Of a DNA stretch of 64,000 nucleotides, positions 33,604 through 44,359 are shown piece by piece. How positions within the stretch are numbered: the first letter of the stretch is position 1; each line of letters opens with the position of its first letter. The position numbers and the translations under genes are program-made. Origin of the DNA: Naegleria gruberi (taxonomy: Eukaryota); the NCBI GenBank assembly GCA_000004985.1, contig GG738880.1. The stretch is one strand, 5' to 3'. The notes below the pieces were generated by a model that worked only from the letters and a program-made list of their open reading frames with translations, ran no database searches and was not told where the DNA came from.

Positions 33604-33972
33604 TTATTTTTGTGGCCTACTGGTAGTATTTTCCTGATTGTTATTGTTTGAATTATCATCATTTGATACCTCTTCATCCTCCCATTGATTTAATAAATTT
33701 TGGGCGATGAGAGACACTGCTTCGGGATGCAAATATCTTGGATAATAAAAAAACATTTGATATGGCTCGTTTCTCTCCTTCTCCTTTCTAATGTTTTCTT
33801 CAATTTTTAAAGCTTTTTCGGATGATGACTCTTCCTCATTTGTAATATCATTATTATTGGTTTTATTCGATGTGGACGAATTGTTCTCCTCTGGTTCAAG
33901 CGAATAATCAGAGATATTGCTCCTAAAGTTGAGTTTGTTCATTTTTTCTCTCTTTGCCGGAGTCCTTTTCAA
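33604..33972 (-). CDS. Small N/S/E-rich protein, possibly DDA1-like (DET1/DDB1-associated 1); weak
   Basis: 122-aa ORF. MNKLNFRSNISDYS resembles the DDA1 N-terminal YNKSNFSRF. YYPRYLHPEAVSLIAQNLLNQWEDEE resembles the DDA1 YLPTREYPSEQIIV...LRYLHQQWDKK helix. The rest is low complexity. Confidence 0.3.
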   Translation of the reverse strand: MKRTPAKREKMNKLNFRSNISDYSLEPEENNSSTSNKTNNNDITNEEESSSEKALKIEENIRKEKERNEPYQMFFYYPRYLHPEAVSLIAQNLLNQWEDEEVSNDDNSNNNNQENTTSRPQK

Positions 33973-34242
33973 TTACAAACGTTTGATAGACTTGTTGTGA
34001 TACTGCTGTCATTCAAAGTATTCAATCAAGGTTCAAAGCCTGAAGGAGTGAGTAATTCAATAGCCAAATCAAAAACATCCTCCTTAATCCCATAATGAGA
34101 ACTCTTTTTGCTGACCGCACAATTTTATCTGCCTTTACCAGATCTATATTAATAAAAGCTAACCAATTTAGATTCTTCTCCATCCTTGCTCAATTCAGGT
34201 CCAAAAAAACATAACCATCTCTCATATCGAGAATAGAAAAAA

Positions 34243-35688
34243 ATGCAAGTCCCATCATCTTCGACTGCTGGTAATGGAGGTGGAAATAATCATCAACAAC
34301 AACCACTCAATAATGGTGTTAGTGAAACAACAATAGCAAACGCTAAACAACCTTATGTTCATCATTTTAGGATTGCAAAGAAGAAAACAACACTAGAATT
34401 CAAGATGGTTGATGCAAAGGATATCAGAAAGAATATGTATGGAGCACAAAACAGATTAAATCATCAACAACAAGAATTACTACTGAATTCTTTTACTGCT
34501 TCATCAGATATGAATGTATCACCTAATGATCAAATATCAACATCACAACAACAACATTTGACATTACCAGATAATTCTTCATCACCCCAAAACGCAACAA
34601 CATCACAACAACAACATTTTAATCACGACAAATCAAGAAAACCAAGAGCCCCGAGTCTATTTTCAACAAATAGTAAAATTACAAAGAAGCAACAAGCTAA
34701 TAGAAGAAACTCTACTATTATGATATCAGATCCAACTGGTTTTCTCCAACAAGTTTCTCCTACGAATAATAACTATCATCAAGATACAAACAGCTTTTCA
34801 CAATCATCTAGTGTTTTTGTTTCATCTAATAAGAATGTACATCCGGTAAATAACAACAGAAGAAAATCGACAACATCCCTATCAACAAATGAAACTTCTG
34901 CAATTTTCCCACCAACCACTACTAATACAACCACTACTAATCATCCGCAACATTCTCACTCACCTATTTATAATAATACCATCAACTCTCCTCCTTCAAC
35001 ACCTTCCCAACAACAAACGGCACCAACTTCATATTTTACTACAGGTTTTTCATTCGGCAATTCCCAAAAAGATGAATACACACCACCTATGGCTAATACT
35101 TTAACAAGTGGATTTTCTAACTTTAAAAATTCTAATGAAACAAACAGTTTTCAAGACAATTTATATGGAGATGCTTATGTAAGCACTTTAACACCTGAGC
35201 AGAGACGTTATTTAATGCAAGGAGCAAGAAGAACTTTTGCAACTCTTCCAAGTATTGAGGAAATGACTAGGTATGATGAAATGAGAAGAAATTCTATTGA
35301 GGAACTTACTCAAAACTTCTCACAAGTTTCAACATCGGAATCACCAAATAATAATAATAATAATAGCAATAACAATAATCAAAGAAGGCCAAGTACCGAT
35401 TCTCAAAATATGTTGGTTATTTCTGAAAATTTCAGAAATGATCAAAGATTCAGAAGGAGACAAACTTATGCATTTGATACAGAACATTTCTCTAGTTATG
35501 ATAACAGTTGCTTAGAATCATTTAACTTCCCTTGCAAACCTCCAACAAATTTTCAACCCCCTAATTCCACACCAAATAATCATCCTCAATCGAATGGCTC
35601 AGGCTCATCCTATCCCAATAATAATTCTTCTGCAGATAATAACCACCCTTACTACCTTCCTCCATTATCCAAATTAATACACGAATAA
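34243..35688 (+). CDS. Hypothetical N/Q/S/T-rich low-complexity protein (481 aa)
   Basis: Long ORF with consistent codon usage, poly-Q/N/T tracts and an (AAT)n run at 35347..35385 encoding NNNNNNSNNNN. The only non-repetitive block is ...LYGDAYVSTLTPEQRRYLMQGARRTFATLPSIEEMTRYDEMRRNSIEELTQNF. Confidence 0.45.
   Translation: MQVPSSSTAGNGGGNNHQQQPLNNGVSETTIANAKQPYVHHFRIAKKKTTLEFKMVDAKDIRKNMYGAQNRLNHQQQELLLNSFTASSDMNVSPNDQISTSQQQHLTLPDNSSSPQNATTSQQQHFNHDKSRKPRAPSLFSTNSKITKKQQANRRNSTIMISDPTGFLQQVSPTNNNYHQDTNSFSQSSSVFVSSNKNVHPVNNNRRKSTTSLSTNETSAIFPPTTTNTTTTNHPQHSHSPIYNNTINSPPSTPSQQQTAPTSYFTTGFSFGNSQKDEYTPPMANTLTSGFSNFKNSNETNSFQDNLYGDAYVSTLTPEQRRYLMQGARRTFATLPSIEEMTRYDEMRRNSIEELTQNFSQVSTSESPNNNNNNSNNNNQRRPSTDSQNMLVISENFRNDQRFRRRQTYAFDTEHFSSYDNSCLESFNFPCKPPTNFQPPNSTPNNHPQSNGSGSSYPNNNSSADNNHPYYLPPLSKLIHE
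35347..35385 (+). repeat. (AAT)n-type trinucleotide microsatellite within coding sequence (poly-Asn tract)
   Basis: aataataataataataatagcaataacaataat encodes NNNNNNSNNNN inside the 34243..35688 ORF. Confidence 0.8.
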
Positions 35689-35722
35689 TATTTCTTTTTG
35701 AAAATACTAAAATAATGTCAAT

Positions 35723-37354
35723 TTGTTTGAATTGAAAAAAATGAACACTTTGTGGAGACGATTGTCTATCCTGAATAAATCCTCTAAAATACTAAAATCA
35801 TCTTCATCATCAGCAACTTTAGTAAAATTAAATTCGGGAAGGAATAATTTTAGTACATCATCCAACAAAATTCTCTCAACACAACAAAATAATGATAATA
35901 ATTATACAGTTTTAAGTGTGGATACATCGGGACTTGTTCAAGAGACTTACGATAGTACAATAGTCAAAGAACATGAAACTCCAATGGTAAAACATTTAAA
36001 AAACAAAATTAAAGGAGCAGGACCAATTTCCGTATCAACATTTATTCAAGAAACATTATTGAATCCAATTTATGGTTATTATTACACTGCAAAGAAAACA
36101 TCATTGGACAATTCAAAACAAAATGTGATCGGAAGAGAGGGTGATTTCGTTACTTCACCAGAAATTTCTTCAGTATTCAGTGAAATGATTGGATTGTGGT
36201 GTGTAGATATGTGGACAAAATTAGGAAAGCCAAAGCAAATAGAACTTGTTGAATTAGGTCCTGGTAAAGGTACTTTAATGCACGATTTATTGGATAGTTT
36301 AGTTCAATCTAAAAATTCACCAACTATTGATGCTTTCAGACAATCTGTAAAGAAAGTTACAATGTGTGAAGCTTCAGAGGCTTTAAAGGAGGTACAAAAG
36401 GACAAACTCAAGTCATTTACAGAAACACACGAATTTAATTGGATTGACAGATTTGACAAGTATTCTGACTTTGATAGTAATATGCCTGTACTAATTATTG
36501 CTCATGAATTCTTTGATGCCTTACCTGTATATCATTTTGAGGTGAGTTTTAATTGAGAAGTTGAAAATTTAATTTTGGAATAGTACACTGAAAGAGGTTG
36601 GATGGAAGTATTGGTTGATATTGATGATGCAAAGGATTCACCACATCATTTCAAGTTTGTATTATCACCAGGACCAACAATGGCAACAGCATTTGTTAAC
36701 TTGGTTGAAGGAAAGAAGGATGTTGGTTCTATCAGAGAAGTTTGTGCAATGGGTATTGGATATGTTGAAAAAATTGGTGAAATTTTGAACAATAGAAAAG
36801 GTGGTTCATTAATTATTGACTACGGAAATGATTATCCTATGGGATTCACCCTTCAGGGTATTTATCAACACAGGTTTACTGAAACTCCTTTGGAAAAGCC
36901 AGGTGAAGTTGACTTGTCTACTTTTGTTGATTTTTCAAGTTTGAGGAAGGCAGTTGAAAAATTCAAAAATGTTAAGGTTTATGGACCTCAATACCAAGCA
37001 GACTTTTTACATCAAATGGGAATGGATGCAAGATTTGCCAAATTACTTCAAAATCCAAAACTTTCTCCTGAACAAGTTACATCAATGATAACAGCTTATG
37101 AAAGATTAACACACCCAACTGAAATGGGTCATCACTACAAGGCCATGGCTCTTGCCCATTTACCATCCAACAAGCTCACAGCCACAGGTTTCGATATTAA
37201 TCTCATTCCAAAGAGGGAAGCAACCCCAAACATGAAATCCCAAAGAGTTGCCCCAACACCAACCATTATTCATGGTAATAAGGAGGGTGAAACATCTAGA
37301 ATCAAACCATCTGATAAGAAAACTGTTCCAGCTGATGTTGGTATGTTCATATAA
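35723..37354 (+). CDS. Complex I assembly factor NDUFAF7 (MidA; DUF185 protein arginine methyltransferase)
   Basis: Exons 35723..36541 and 36584..37354, with intron 36542..36583 (42 nt, GTGAGT..ATAG, phase 0). The N-terminal S-rich presequence is followed by PISVSTFIQETLLNPIYGYYY...IGREGDFVTSPEISSVFSEMIGLWCVDMWTKLGKPKQIELVELGPGKGTLMHDLL...|YTERGWMEVLVDID...GSLIIDYGN.... This is collinear with NDUFAF7/MidA (DFITSPEISQxFGELLGxW...LVELGPGRGTL). Confidence 0.85.
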
Positions 37355-37608
37355 ATCAATGACTTTACAAAATTCATCCAAATATGTTAATTTCTGTATG
37401 CCATTCAATTTTGGTCATAATATTGTGCTCTGCAGTTTCTCAATGATCTCACAACTAAGCAAACAACAAACATATCATGTGAACATCTAGCTGTTGCATT
37501 CCGAAGCATATCTATCCGTTTTAATGTCCTAATATTGTTGATCTTGATTTCTTTCATGCTTTGTTCATCTCTATGGAAATTTTCCTTCCCTAACCAAAAC
37601 AAAAGAAA

Positions 37609-37830
37609 ATGTCCTCAGCAGCCAAATCAACAACAACCTCACCAAGCACTGCCACTCTTCCACAAAAGAAGGAAAGAACTGGAGCTGGTCCACAATCAAT
37701 GTGGTATAAATCCTTTATAGTATTTATCTGGTATTTCGGATCATCAGTTGGATTTGTTGGATTGTTTGCATTGTTAGCCTATTATTATGAACATTATTAC
37801 TCGAAGGGAATTGTCAATCCATTCGAATAA
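37609..37830 (+). CDS. Hypothetical small tail-anchored membrane protein (73 aa)
   Basis: S/T-rich N-terminus and a single C-terminal transmembrane helix (FIVFIWYFGSSVGFVGLFALLAYYY). It resembles Sec61-beta only weakly and lacks the YTEDSPGLKV motif, so it is unassigned. Confidence 0.35.
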   Translation: MSSAAKSTTTSPSTATLPQKKERTGAGPQSMWYKSFIVFIWYFGSSVGFVGLFALLAYYYEHYYSKGIVNPFE

Positions 37831-38156
37831 ACACCATCCATCATCATTAAATAATTTTCCCTTTATCACCTAATTCCTTCTCTTCTGTAATAGTATGGAT
37901 CATCTTTAACGGTGATCAACAAATTCAAATTAAATAATTAATTTTGTAATTAATAAAGTCTTGATACTACATTCCGTTTTGATATTGAAAAAATTAGCAG
38001 TAAACACAATTACTACTACTCTCATCATTACAGAAATCATCAATTAGATATTTTGTGAATTTGAAATAATTTTCGTATCGATTTGAAATTGCACAAAATC
38101 CTTCAAATTCAAACTGGATACACTGGTGTGAAAACAGAAACAAAAAAACAAACAAA

Positions 38157-38840
38157 ATGGAAATCACAAAGATTAATGATTATATTTTCAAAATTTCTAA
38201 TCAAAAGAGACAAACAAATGAGACTGATGTTTCTTTCGAGTGGTTCATCTTGAGAATGGATTATTCGAGTGCAGAGACAGATGGCTTGATTTATTTTGAC
38301 TTTCTCGTGAGAAATCAAACATTCCTCAAAGTACACCTTCCTCACTATCCGAATGAGGCCTATGAAAACTTGAGCTGGAGTGTGAATAGAATGAAAAGAT
38401 TATCCTCAGCTCACAATTACTTTGTTCTTGTCAAGAGTGAACAAACACCTTCCTATATTGAAAAGGTAAATCAATCAGAACCTGTGTTTGAATTCTTGAA
38501 GGATAAACTCACTATTGGAGTTTGTGGAGGGTTTACTGGTGGTAAGACAGAGTTTGATTTAATGGAGGTGGGTTATGCTCTCGATGAAAAGTTTCAATCT
38601 CATGGTATTGTTTCCAATACTTTAAAATTCATTATTGAGAAGGCCTTTAAAGAAGTTTCCTCCCTAAATCTCATCAAGCTCGTATGTAATGACTATAATG
38701 TGAAGAGTGCAGCTGTTGGAAAGAGACTGGGTTTTACATTCAATGAGGAAGAATCTGAAAAGGCAAGTAAGGAAGATAATGTAGCTCTCCATTGTTTCAC
38801 AATGACCAGAGAAGAAGCAACCAAACTCTTCCAATTGTGA
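38157..38840 (+). CDS. GNAT-family N-acetyltransferase (RimJ/RimL-like)
   Basis: 227-aa ORF. The C-terminal half, EVGYALDEKFQSHGIVSNTLKFIIEKAFKEVSSLNLIKLVCNDYNVKSAAVGKRLGFTFNEEE, fits GNAT motifs A/B (acetyl-CoA binding Q/RxxGxG/A-like, RI...xxNxxSxxVxEKxGF). Confidence 0.6.
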   Translation: MEITKINDYIFKISNQKRQTNETDVSFEWFILRMDYSSAETDGLIYFDFLVRNQTFLKVHLPHYPNEAYENLSWSVNRMKRLSSAHNYFVLVKSEQTPSYIEKVNQSEPVFEFLKDKLTIGVCGGFTGGKTEFDLMEVGYALDEKFQSHGIVSNTLKFIIEKAFKEVSSLNLIKLVCNDYNVKSAAVGKRLGFTFNEEESEKASKEDNVALHCFTMTREEATKLFQL

Positions 38841-38936
38841 AAGCAATATTTTCTAATGAAAGCATTAAACAAGGCCATTATTAAATTTTCCTAAATTTCC
38901 CGCCTTGGAGAATCGTTACATAATTTTTTAAAAAAA

Positions 38937-40034
38937 ATGCAAAGATTTCTCGCTCGAATGATTGGTGCTCATGATGAAACTCCAGAACATCACACACCAA
39001 TGTCCAGTGCCTCTGAGATGAGTGACCACTTCTCACCAGATTTTAACTCCTTCCTCGATACCGTTCCTTCCATAAATTCCAAACATTCTGATTCATCAAC
39101 TGCTGCCTATCCCATCACATCGAAACAGAACCAATTGGTTGTGAATATAGGATCTGTTCCATCATCGAATATACAATCATCGACCACTGCAGCTGTTGCT
39201 CCAATCAGCATTGGTACCAAACTCTTTGACTCGAATGTGAATGTTATGCAACCATCCGATTTGGAATGTCCATCAAACTTGAGAACAGGAGCTTTTACCT
39301 TTGATCCATCTTCATCAATTGTTAGACCTGCTGCTGGAGTGGCCACTGTTCAAACTGATGATCTTTCCAAGCTATTGGCTCAACATTCTAATAGTCTAGT
39401 ACACAATCAAACAACTTTGGAAACAGCCATAACACCAAAGAGAAATTCACACAATTTGGATTCTTTATTATTGGATAGTGAAGATTCAATATCTCAATTT
39501 AGTGTGCAAAGTAGTTGTAATAGTGAAATGACAAGATCTACCAAAAGTAAAATGTCAACTAAGAGTATTCCAAAAACTCCACTTGGCACTTCATCAACAC
39601 GTAAAAGAGAATATTTGGCACTCACTAATAACTTTAATTCATTCTATAATGGCATGATTGAGAATCAAAATACTATTCTAAATGCACTTTCTGAAAAGAA
39701 TCAAGAAATCATCTCTGAAATTGCTCAATCGAGTCAATCCATTAATGATATGGGATTTAAGATTAATGATTTTGTTGCTCAACAAGTTGGTTGTTTGAAA
39801 TTGGATTTGGAAAGGGAAATTTCTCAATTACAATCCATGAATAATCAAGTATTACAACAATTAATTACCAATCAAACTCAACTCATTTCACAAATTCAAT
39901 CCCTTAATCAAACTGCACAAACTAACCAAGAAGAAAACAAAAACTTGAAACTCATGCTCTCTGGATCCATCACTATTGCCATTATTGGATTTTTGGCACA
40001 ATTTATTGTGAATAAATCTTCAAAGAGTTTGTAA
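38937..40034 (+). CDS. Hypothetical coiled-coil protein with a C-terminal transmembrane anchor (tail-anchored; 365 aa)
   Basis: S/T-rich N-terminal two-thirds, then a heptad-repeat region (ISQLQSMNNQVLQQLITNQTQLISQIQSLNQTAQTNQEE) and a terminal TM (ITIAIIGFLAQFIVN). Its stop (40032..40034) is only 4 nt from the next gene's ATG. Confidence 0.45.
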   Translation: MQRFLARMIGAHDETPEHHTPMSSASEMSDHFSPDFNSFLDTVPSINSKHSDSSTAAYPITSKQNQLVVNIGSVPSSNIQSSTTAAVAPISIGTKLFDSNVNVMQPSDLECPSNLRTGAFTFDPSSSIVRPAAGVATVQTDDLSKLLAQHSNSLVHNQTTLETAITPKRNSHNLDSLLLDSEDSISQFSVQSSCNSEMTRSTKSKMSTKSIPKTPLGTSSTRKREYLALTNNFNSFYNGMIENQNTILNALSEKNQEIISEIAQSSQSINDMGFKINDFVAQQVGCLKLDLEREISQLQSMNNQVLQQLITNQTQLISQIQSLNQTAQTNQEENKNLKLMLSGSITIAIIGFLAQFIVNKSSKSL

Positions 40035-40038
40035 TTCT

Positions 40039-41280
40039 TTGAAGCACTTGCACATTGTAATTCAATTTGCTTTGAGAAATAATTTTTATTTAAAATTTAC
40101 AAAAAAATGTTTAAACAAGTGCTTGGTTTCGGAAAGAGGAAAGGTTAATAATAATTCATTGGGAAAAATTGTAGGCTTGAGATGTTTTAGTACAAGAAAT
40201 AATTTACTATCATCAAATCAAAAGAGAATTTTGTTTTTTGGATCGGATTCATTCTCACTGGAAACACTCAAGTTATTACATTCGGAATTTGTAAAAACCA
40301 ATGAAGCTGATTTGTGTGTTCTTTGTCCACCTGATAGAAAGACAATTAGAAGAAATCAAGCCGAATATAAGGAATGTATTGTCAAGAATTATTGCATGGA
40401 AAATAATATTGATTATTTCCATCCGATTGAAACTGAAAAATCACCAGAGGAGAGAAAGAAAATTCAACGATTGGATATTACAGACATTCCGAGAGAGGAA
40501 CGATTATTTGGAGGAAATCAAGACAATTTTACTCCAAGCTTTGATGTTGGAGTGGTTGTGAGTTTCTCTTACTTCCTTCAGAAGGGATTATTGGATCAAT
40601 TTAAAACAAGGGATGGTCAACATTCTACCATATTTAATATTCACCCTAGTTTATTGCCACGTTATAGAGGACCTGCTCCTATTCATCACGCCTTACTGAA
40701 TGGAGATTCAGAGACTGGTGTCACAATTATGGAATTGGATGATAAGGAATTTGATATTGGTAATATTGTAAAGCAACAAAAATTCAACATTGAAAAAACA
40801 GAAACATTTACTCAACTTCATGATAGGTTGGCAGTACGTGGGGCTGAAATGATGATTGATACAATTCGTGCATGTAATTTTGATTTTACAAAAGTACAAA
40901 GAATCAATCAGGAAAATCTCACTAAAACCATTGCTGCCACTAGAGCTAAGAAGGTCAACTTTGCTATAGGTGAAATTTCTCTTAAGGATGAAAACGTATT
41001 TACCATTTACAATAAGTGGAGGGCTTTGGAGAAAATACACGTCCCATTCCAAAACACAAAGATTTTACTGAAACAATTAGATTATCCAGTAATTGATTCT
41101 TCAGAGGATAATACTCCAATAGGAACATTATATATTGATAGCGACAAATCTCTTTCACTCAAATGTGTTGGTGGTAAATTGAAAATCAAAGCTTTACAAA
41201 TGGAAAATAAGAAGGAAATGTCAGCAAATGATTTCATAAACGGAAATAGAGGAAAACTACCAATGAAATTATTGGCTTAA
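40039..41280 (+). CDS. Methionyl-tRNA formyltransferase, mitochondrial type (MTFMT/Fmt)
   Basis: 413-aa ORF with a presequence-like N-terminus (...GLRCFSTRNN), then RILFFGSDSFSLETLKLL...DVGVVVSFSYFL...FNIHPSLLPRYRGPAPIHHALLNGDSETGVTIMELDDKEFDIGNIVKQQKF..., which carries the formyltransferase SLLP(R/K)(Y/W)RG and HxxLxxGD motifs. The C-terminal Fmt C-domain is present. Confidence 0.85.
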   Translation: MKHLHIVIQFALRNNFYLKFTKKCLNKCLVSERGKVNNNSLGKIVGLRCFSTRNNLLSSNQKRILFFGSDSFSLETLKLLHSEFVKTNEADLCVLCPPDRKTIRRNQAEYKECIVKNYCMENNIDYFHPIETEKSPEERKKIQRLDITDIPREERLFGGNQDNFTPSFDVGVVVSFSYFLQKGLLDQFKTRDGQHSTIFNIHPSLLPRYRGPAPIHHALLNGDSETGVTIMELDDKEFDIGNIVKQQKFNIEKTETFTQLHDRLAVRGAEMMIDTIRACNFDFTKVQRINQENLTKTIAATRAKKVNFAIGEISLKDENVFTIYNKWRALEKIHVPFQNTKILLKQLDYPVIDSSEDNTPIGTLYIDSDKSLSLKCVGGKLKIKALQMENKKEMSANDFINGNRGKLPMKLLA

Positions 41281-41301
41281 TTTATAAAATACAGATGTAT
41301 G

Positions 41302-42330
41302 TTACATGATAGAGTTTTTGATAAGATCGCACCTAGCAGACTCAAATTTCATAGTCATTTCAATAAGTTGCTCCTCCCTTTTGAAGAGCTTTGTTTCTAA
41401 ATCTTGTTTGGCAAGCAACAGTTGTTCATACTTATCTTCCAACTCAACATCTCCTACGTGTTTGTTGTTTTCCTGATACAGGTCAAGAAATATCCTAAAG
41501 GAATCATTTTTCTCCTTTTCAAAGTGACTGCTAAGAATTGAATTTTTTGCTTGATCGAGTAATTGATCTTTTGTCACTCGCTGGTGTTCTAATTGACTCA
41601 GTAAGCATTCAACATTATCCTCGGTTTCCTTATTAATCATTTTCAATTTTTCAAACTTTTCTTCTGATGCTTTCAATTTTGCTCTCAACAATTCCAACTC
41701 CTTTTTTAGTACTTGAGTTTCACTACTATTCGGTGATCGAGAGGTTTCTCTTCTAGGTCTCATATCCACACTGTGCGATATTAAACTTTCCATCTTTTCT
41801 TGTTGCTCCCTTATGTCTGATTCTCTCTTCTTGATTATTGTTTTCAACTTTTTCAACTCTTCCTGTGCCGAGAATAAGGACGTGGAGAGAAAAAAGTTTT
41901 CCTCCTTCTGACAATTTAATAGTAATTTCATATTATCCATTTCTCTCCTTAATTTTGAATTATCATCTCGGAGAGTTATAATTTCCTCACTAATTGATCT
42001 TCTCCTTGTTTCAGGTTCCAAAGTATAACCTTCAGATTGTCCCTTCTTAGAAGCCCATTTGTTATTATTCCTAATAGGTGAATTTGATGATCTACTACCA
42101 CTGCTATTAGATGAGGAACGAATGGGAGATGTTTTATAATTCCTGATGGGGCTATTAACTTCTCTTGTTATTGAATTGGGCACGATCTTACCTCGTGGTG
42201 TGCTACTAGGATTTGATGAGTGGGATTGATTGAGAGAGGAATTATTGCCCCGAGCAGATAATGGAGCTCTAGCTATTGCTGATGATGAAGATGATGAGAA
42301 GGAAGAGCTCTCAATGGTTATTCCAATCAT
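41302..42330 (-). CDS. Hypothetical coiled-coil protein with an N-terminal S-rich region holding repeated SPIR(N) motifs
   Basis: 342-aa ORF. The N-terminal 100 aa have repeated (N/T/S)SPIRN/SPIRS motifs (minimal proline-directed S-P-x-R sites). The rest is a long K/E/L-rich coiled coil. No family assigned. Confidence 0.45.
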   Translation of the reverse strand: MIGITIESSSFSSSSSSAIARAPLSARGNNSSLNQSHSSNPSSTPRGKIVPNSITREVNSPIRNYKTSPIRSSSNSSGSRSSNSPIRNNNKWASKKGQSEGYTLEPETRRRSISEEIITLRDDNSKLRREMDNMKLLLNCQKEENFFLSTSLFSAQEELKKLKTIIKKRESDIREQQEKMESLISHSVDMRPRRETSRSPNSSETQVLKKELELLRAKLKASEEKFEKLKMINKETEDNVECLLSQLEHQRVTKDQLLDQAKNSILSSHFEKEKNDSFRIFLDLYQENNKHVGDVELEDKYEQLLLAKQDLETKLFKREEQLIEMTMKFESARCDLIKNSIM

Positions 42331-42361
42331 TTTTTAGTTATTTTAAAAAACTAGTCGTTAA

Positions 42362-42393
42362 GGCGCCCTTTTTTGAAATTAATGTGGCGCTCG
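42362..42393. promoter_or_regulatory. GC-rich motif GGCGCCCTTTTTT (42362..42374) plus GTGGCGCTCG in the divergent promoter between 41302..42330(-) and 42511..43998(+)
   Basis: Rare GC cores in a 180-bp AT-rich bidirectional spacer. The motif is similar to GCGCCTTTTTTT at 33120. Confidence 0.25.
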
Positions 42394-42510
42394 TGATCCT
42401 TAATGATTCTTAGTTTTTAGAAAATTTTGAAAACTTAGAAAAGTCAGGATATGAAATTTGCATTTTCTTAATTTCGAAATAAATTTCATCAAATTAATTA
42501 TTAAATAAAA

Positions 42511-43998
42511 ATGTCATCATCAACCACAGCAACAACTCGGTTTAAATCTAATGAACGTTATAAAGATTCTAAACAATTGGCTGAATGGTTAAAATCTTCA
42601 ACTAAATGTCCTCCTTCTCTTGTGGAAAGTACGTAAACGTTTTATGAAAGTAATCAACAACATCATCATCATAAACTCTAAAAGAATTGGAAGAGTACGG
42701 ATTGGATGAATGGACATTAATGAGTATAAATGATGAAAATCTATTGATGGAAGAGTTGGGAATTAATAAATTACAAGCTAAAGCCCTGATGAAGGTAATA
42801 GCTGACAGTGGAAATGGTAATAGCAATACTGAACAGAAAAATTCATCACAACAACTTGAACAAAACACGAGTCAACAAGCAACAAGTAATGTTGACAACA
42901 TTGGTGAAGAATTGTTGAGGAATAATACGAATGAGAATGGAAATCAGACAAGTGATACTCATCAGCCCAGTAGTTCTACCTCTACAAATATAGCATCTGC
43001 ACCCAATTCTTCAGAGGGTTTATTTATTGAAATGGGTAAGTCTGATTTGCTCATAATGTGAAATAGGTTGACCAACATATTAAATAGGAGGATTGGATGA
43101 TGGTCTAACCAACGAGCCATATACTCCAATTGAGGAAGAGGAAAATGCAGCTAATGACGGAGACAATGAAGCTCAAACAAAACTAGGAGATCGATATTAC
43201 TCTGGGGATGGTGTCGAAAAATCGTTTGAAAAGGCATTGGAATGGTATAGGAAAGCAGCAGCTCAAGGAAATACTACTGCTCAATTTCATATTGGAAAAA
43301 TGTATGAGAAGGGAGAAGGAGTTCCCATATCACCAGAAAAAGCATTCGTTTGGTATAAAACAGCAGCACAATTAGGGGATGCAGCAGCTCAGCATCAAAC
43401 AGGGAAAATGTATTTTTGGGGATTTGGAGTTGAAAAATCAAATGACTTGGCATTTGAGTGGATATCTAAATCAGCCAATCAAGAATATTCACACGCAGAA
43501 TATGATTTGGGAAATTTATATTATGAAGGAAATGGAGTTGAACAATCACTTACAGATGCTTTTAAATGGTATGAAAAGGCAGCTAATCAAGGTGATGCAT
43601 ATGTACAAAATCTTATAGGGGCCATGTATCAGGAAGGTGAAGGAGTAGCTCAGTCATACTCAAAAGCATTTGAATGGTATGAGAAAGCAGCCAATCAAGG
43701 AGAGGTCAATGCTCAATTTCATTTAGCCCTACTGTACCAAGAAGAAGGAGTTCACCAGTCATACGAGAAGTCCTATAACTTACTGGAGAAATTAGCTAGT
43801 TCCAATGATAAGGATGCTCAAATTGCCTTAGGTGATATGCTTTGTGAGGAGGAAAGTGTTAGAGAAATGGCCATTTCATGGTATGAAAAGGCAGCCAATT
43901 TAGGGAATGATGATGCTAAAATCAAACTAGAAGAATTGAAAAAGAAGAGAAAGAGGTTGGCTATAAGAAAACCAAGGAGAGGCAGAAAAAGAAAATAG
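42511..43998 (+). CDS. SAM-domain plus Sel1-like repeat (SLR) protein with a basic C-terminal tail
   Basis: Exons 42511..42628, 42685..43035 and 43088..43998, with introns 42629..42684 (GTACGT..AAAAG) and 43036..43087 (GTAAGT..AAATAG), both phase 1. Exons 1–2 encode a SAM-like helix bundle (SKQLAEWLKSSTKCPPSLVEK|LEEYGLDEWTLMSINDENLLMEELGINKLQAKALMKVI). Exon 3 encodes about 7 Sel1 repeats (LGDRYYSGDGVEKSFEKALEWYRKAAAQGNTTAQFHIGKMYEKGEGV...). It ends in KKKRKRLAIRKPRRGRKRK. Confidence 0.7.
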
Positions 43999-44359
43999 GT
44001 TCACCTTATAGAAGTCTTGATTTAAGCGAACAAACATTGTTTTAATTGCACATATTAGCTATTTGCTATTCAGCTAAAAAGATTATTGTTTGCAGACTTT
44101 TTATTTTAATAAACATCTCAAACAACTAAGAGAACATAGATGCAGAAACTTAGATGATTATGACATGTTAATATTTGTAATTATAGTAATTTAGAATGAC
44201 GTTTAAGTTAGTTTGTTCTTTCAAATTCGAATCTCCCAGTAATAATAAGCCTTAATAAATCACCAATACAATGTGAAAGAACTTATTAGTAAAAATCTTT
44301 TTCAAAGTTTGGTAAATTTTAAGATCACACTCCGAAAATTTAAATAATATTTAAAAAAA

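Noticed and set aside
34243-35688. Endosulfine/ARPP19-like motif (LYGDAYV ~ FDSGDY) in the N/Q-rich protein
   Set aside because: A single short, imperfect match within a low-complexity protein, with no flanking conservation.
37609-37830. Sec61-beta identity for the 73-aa tail-anchored protein
   Set aside because: It shares only a GxG..MW start and a C-terminal TM and lacks the conserved YTEDSPGLKVxP segment. Similarity is insufficient.
44215-44245. tRNA-like TTCGAATC T-loop motif (caaattcgaatctccc)
   Set aside because: No complementary acceptor/T stems or anticodon arm could be folded around it. It is an isolated motif in an AT-rich spacer, so no tRNA is called. Another GGTTCGA at 23066 lies inside the ubiquitin CDS.
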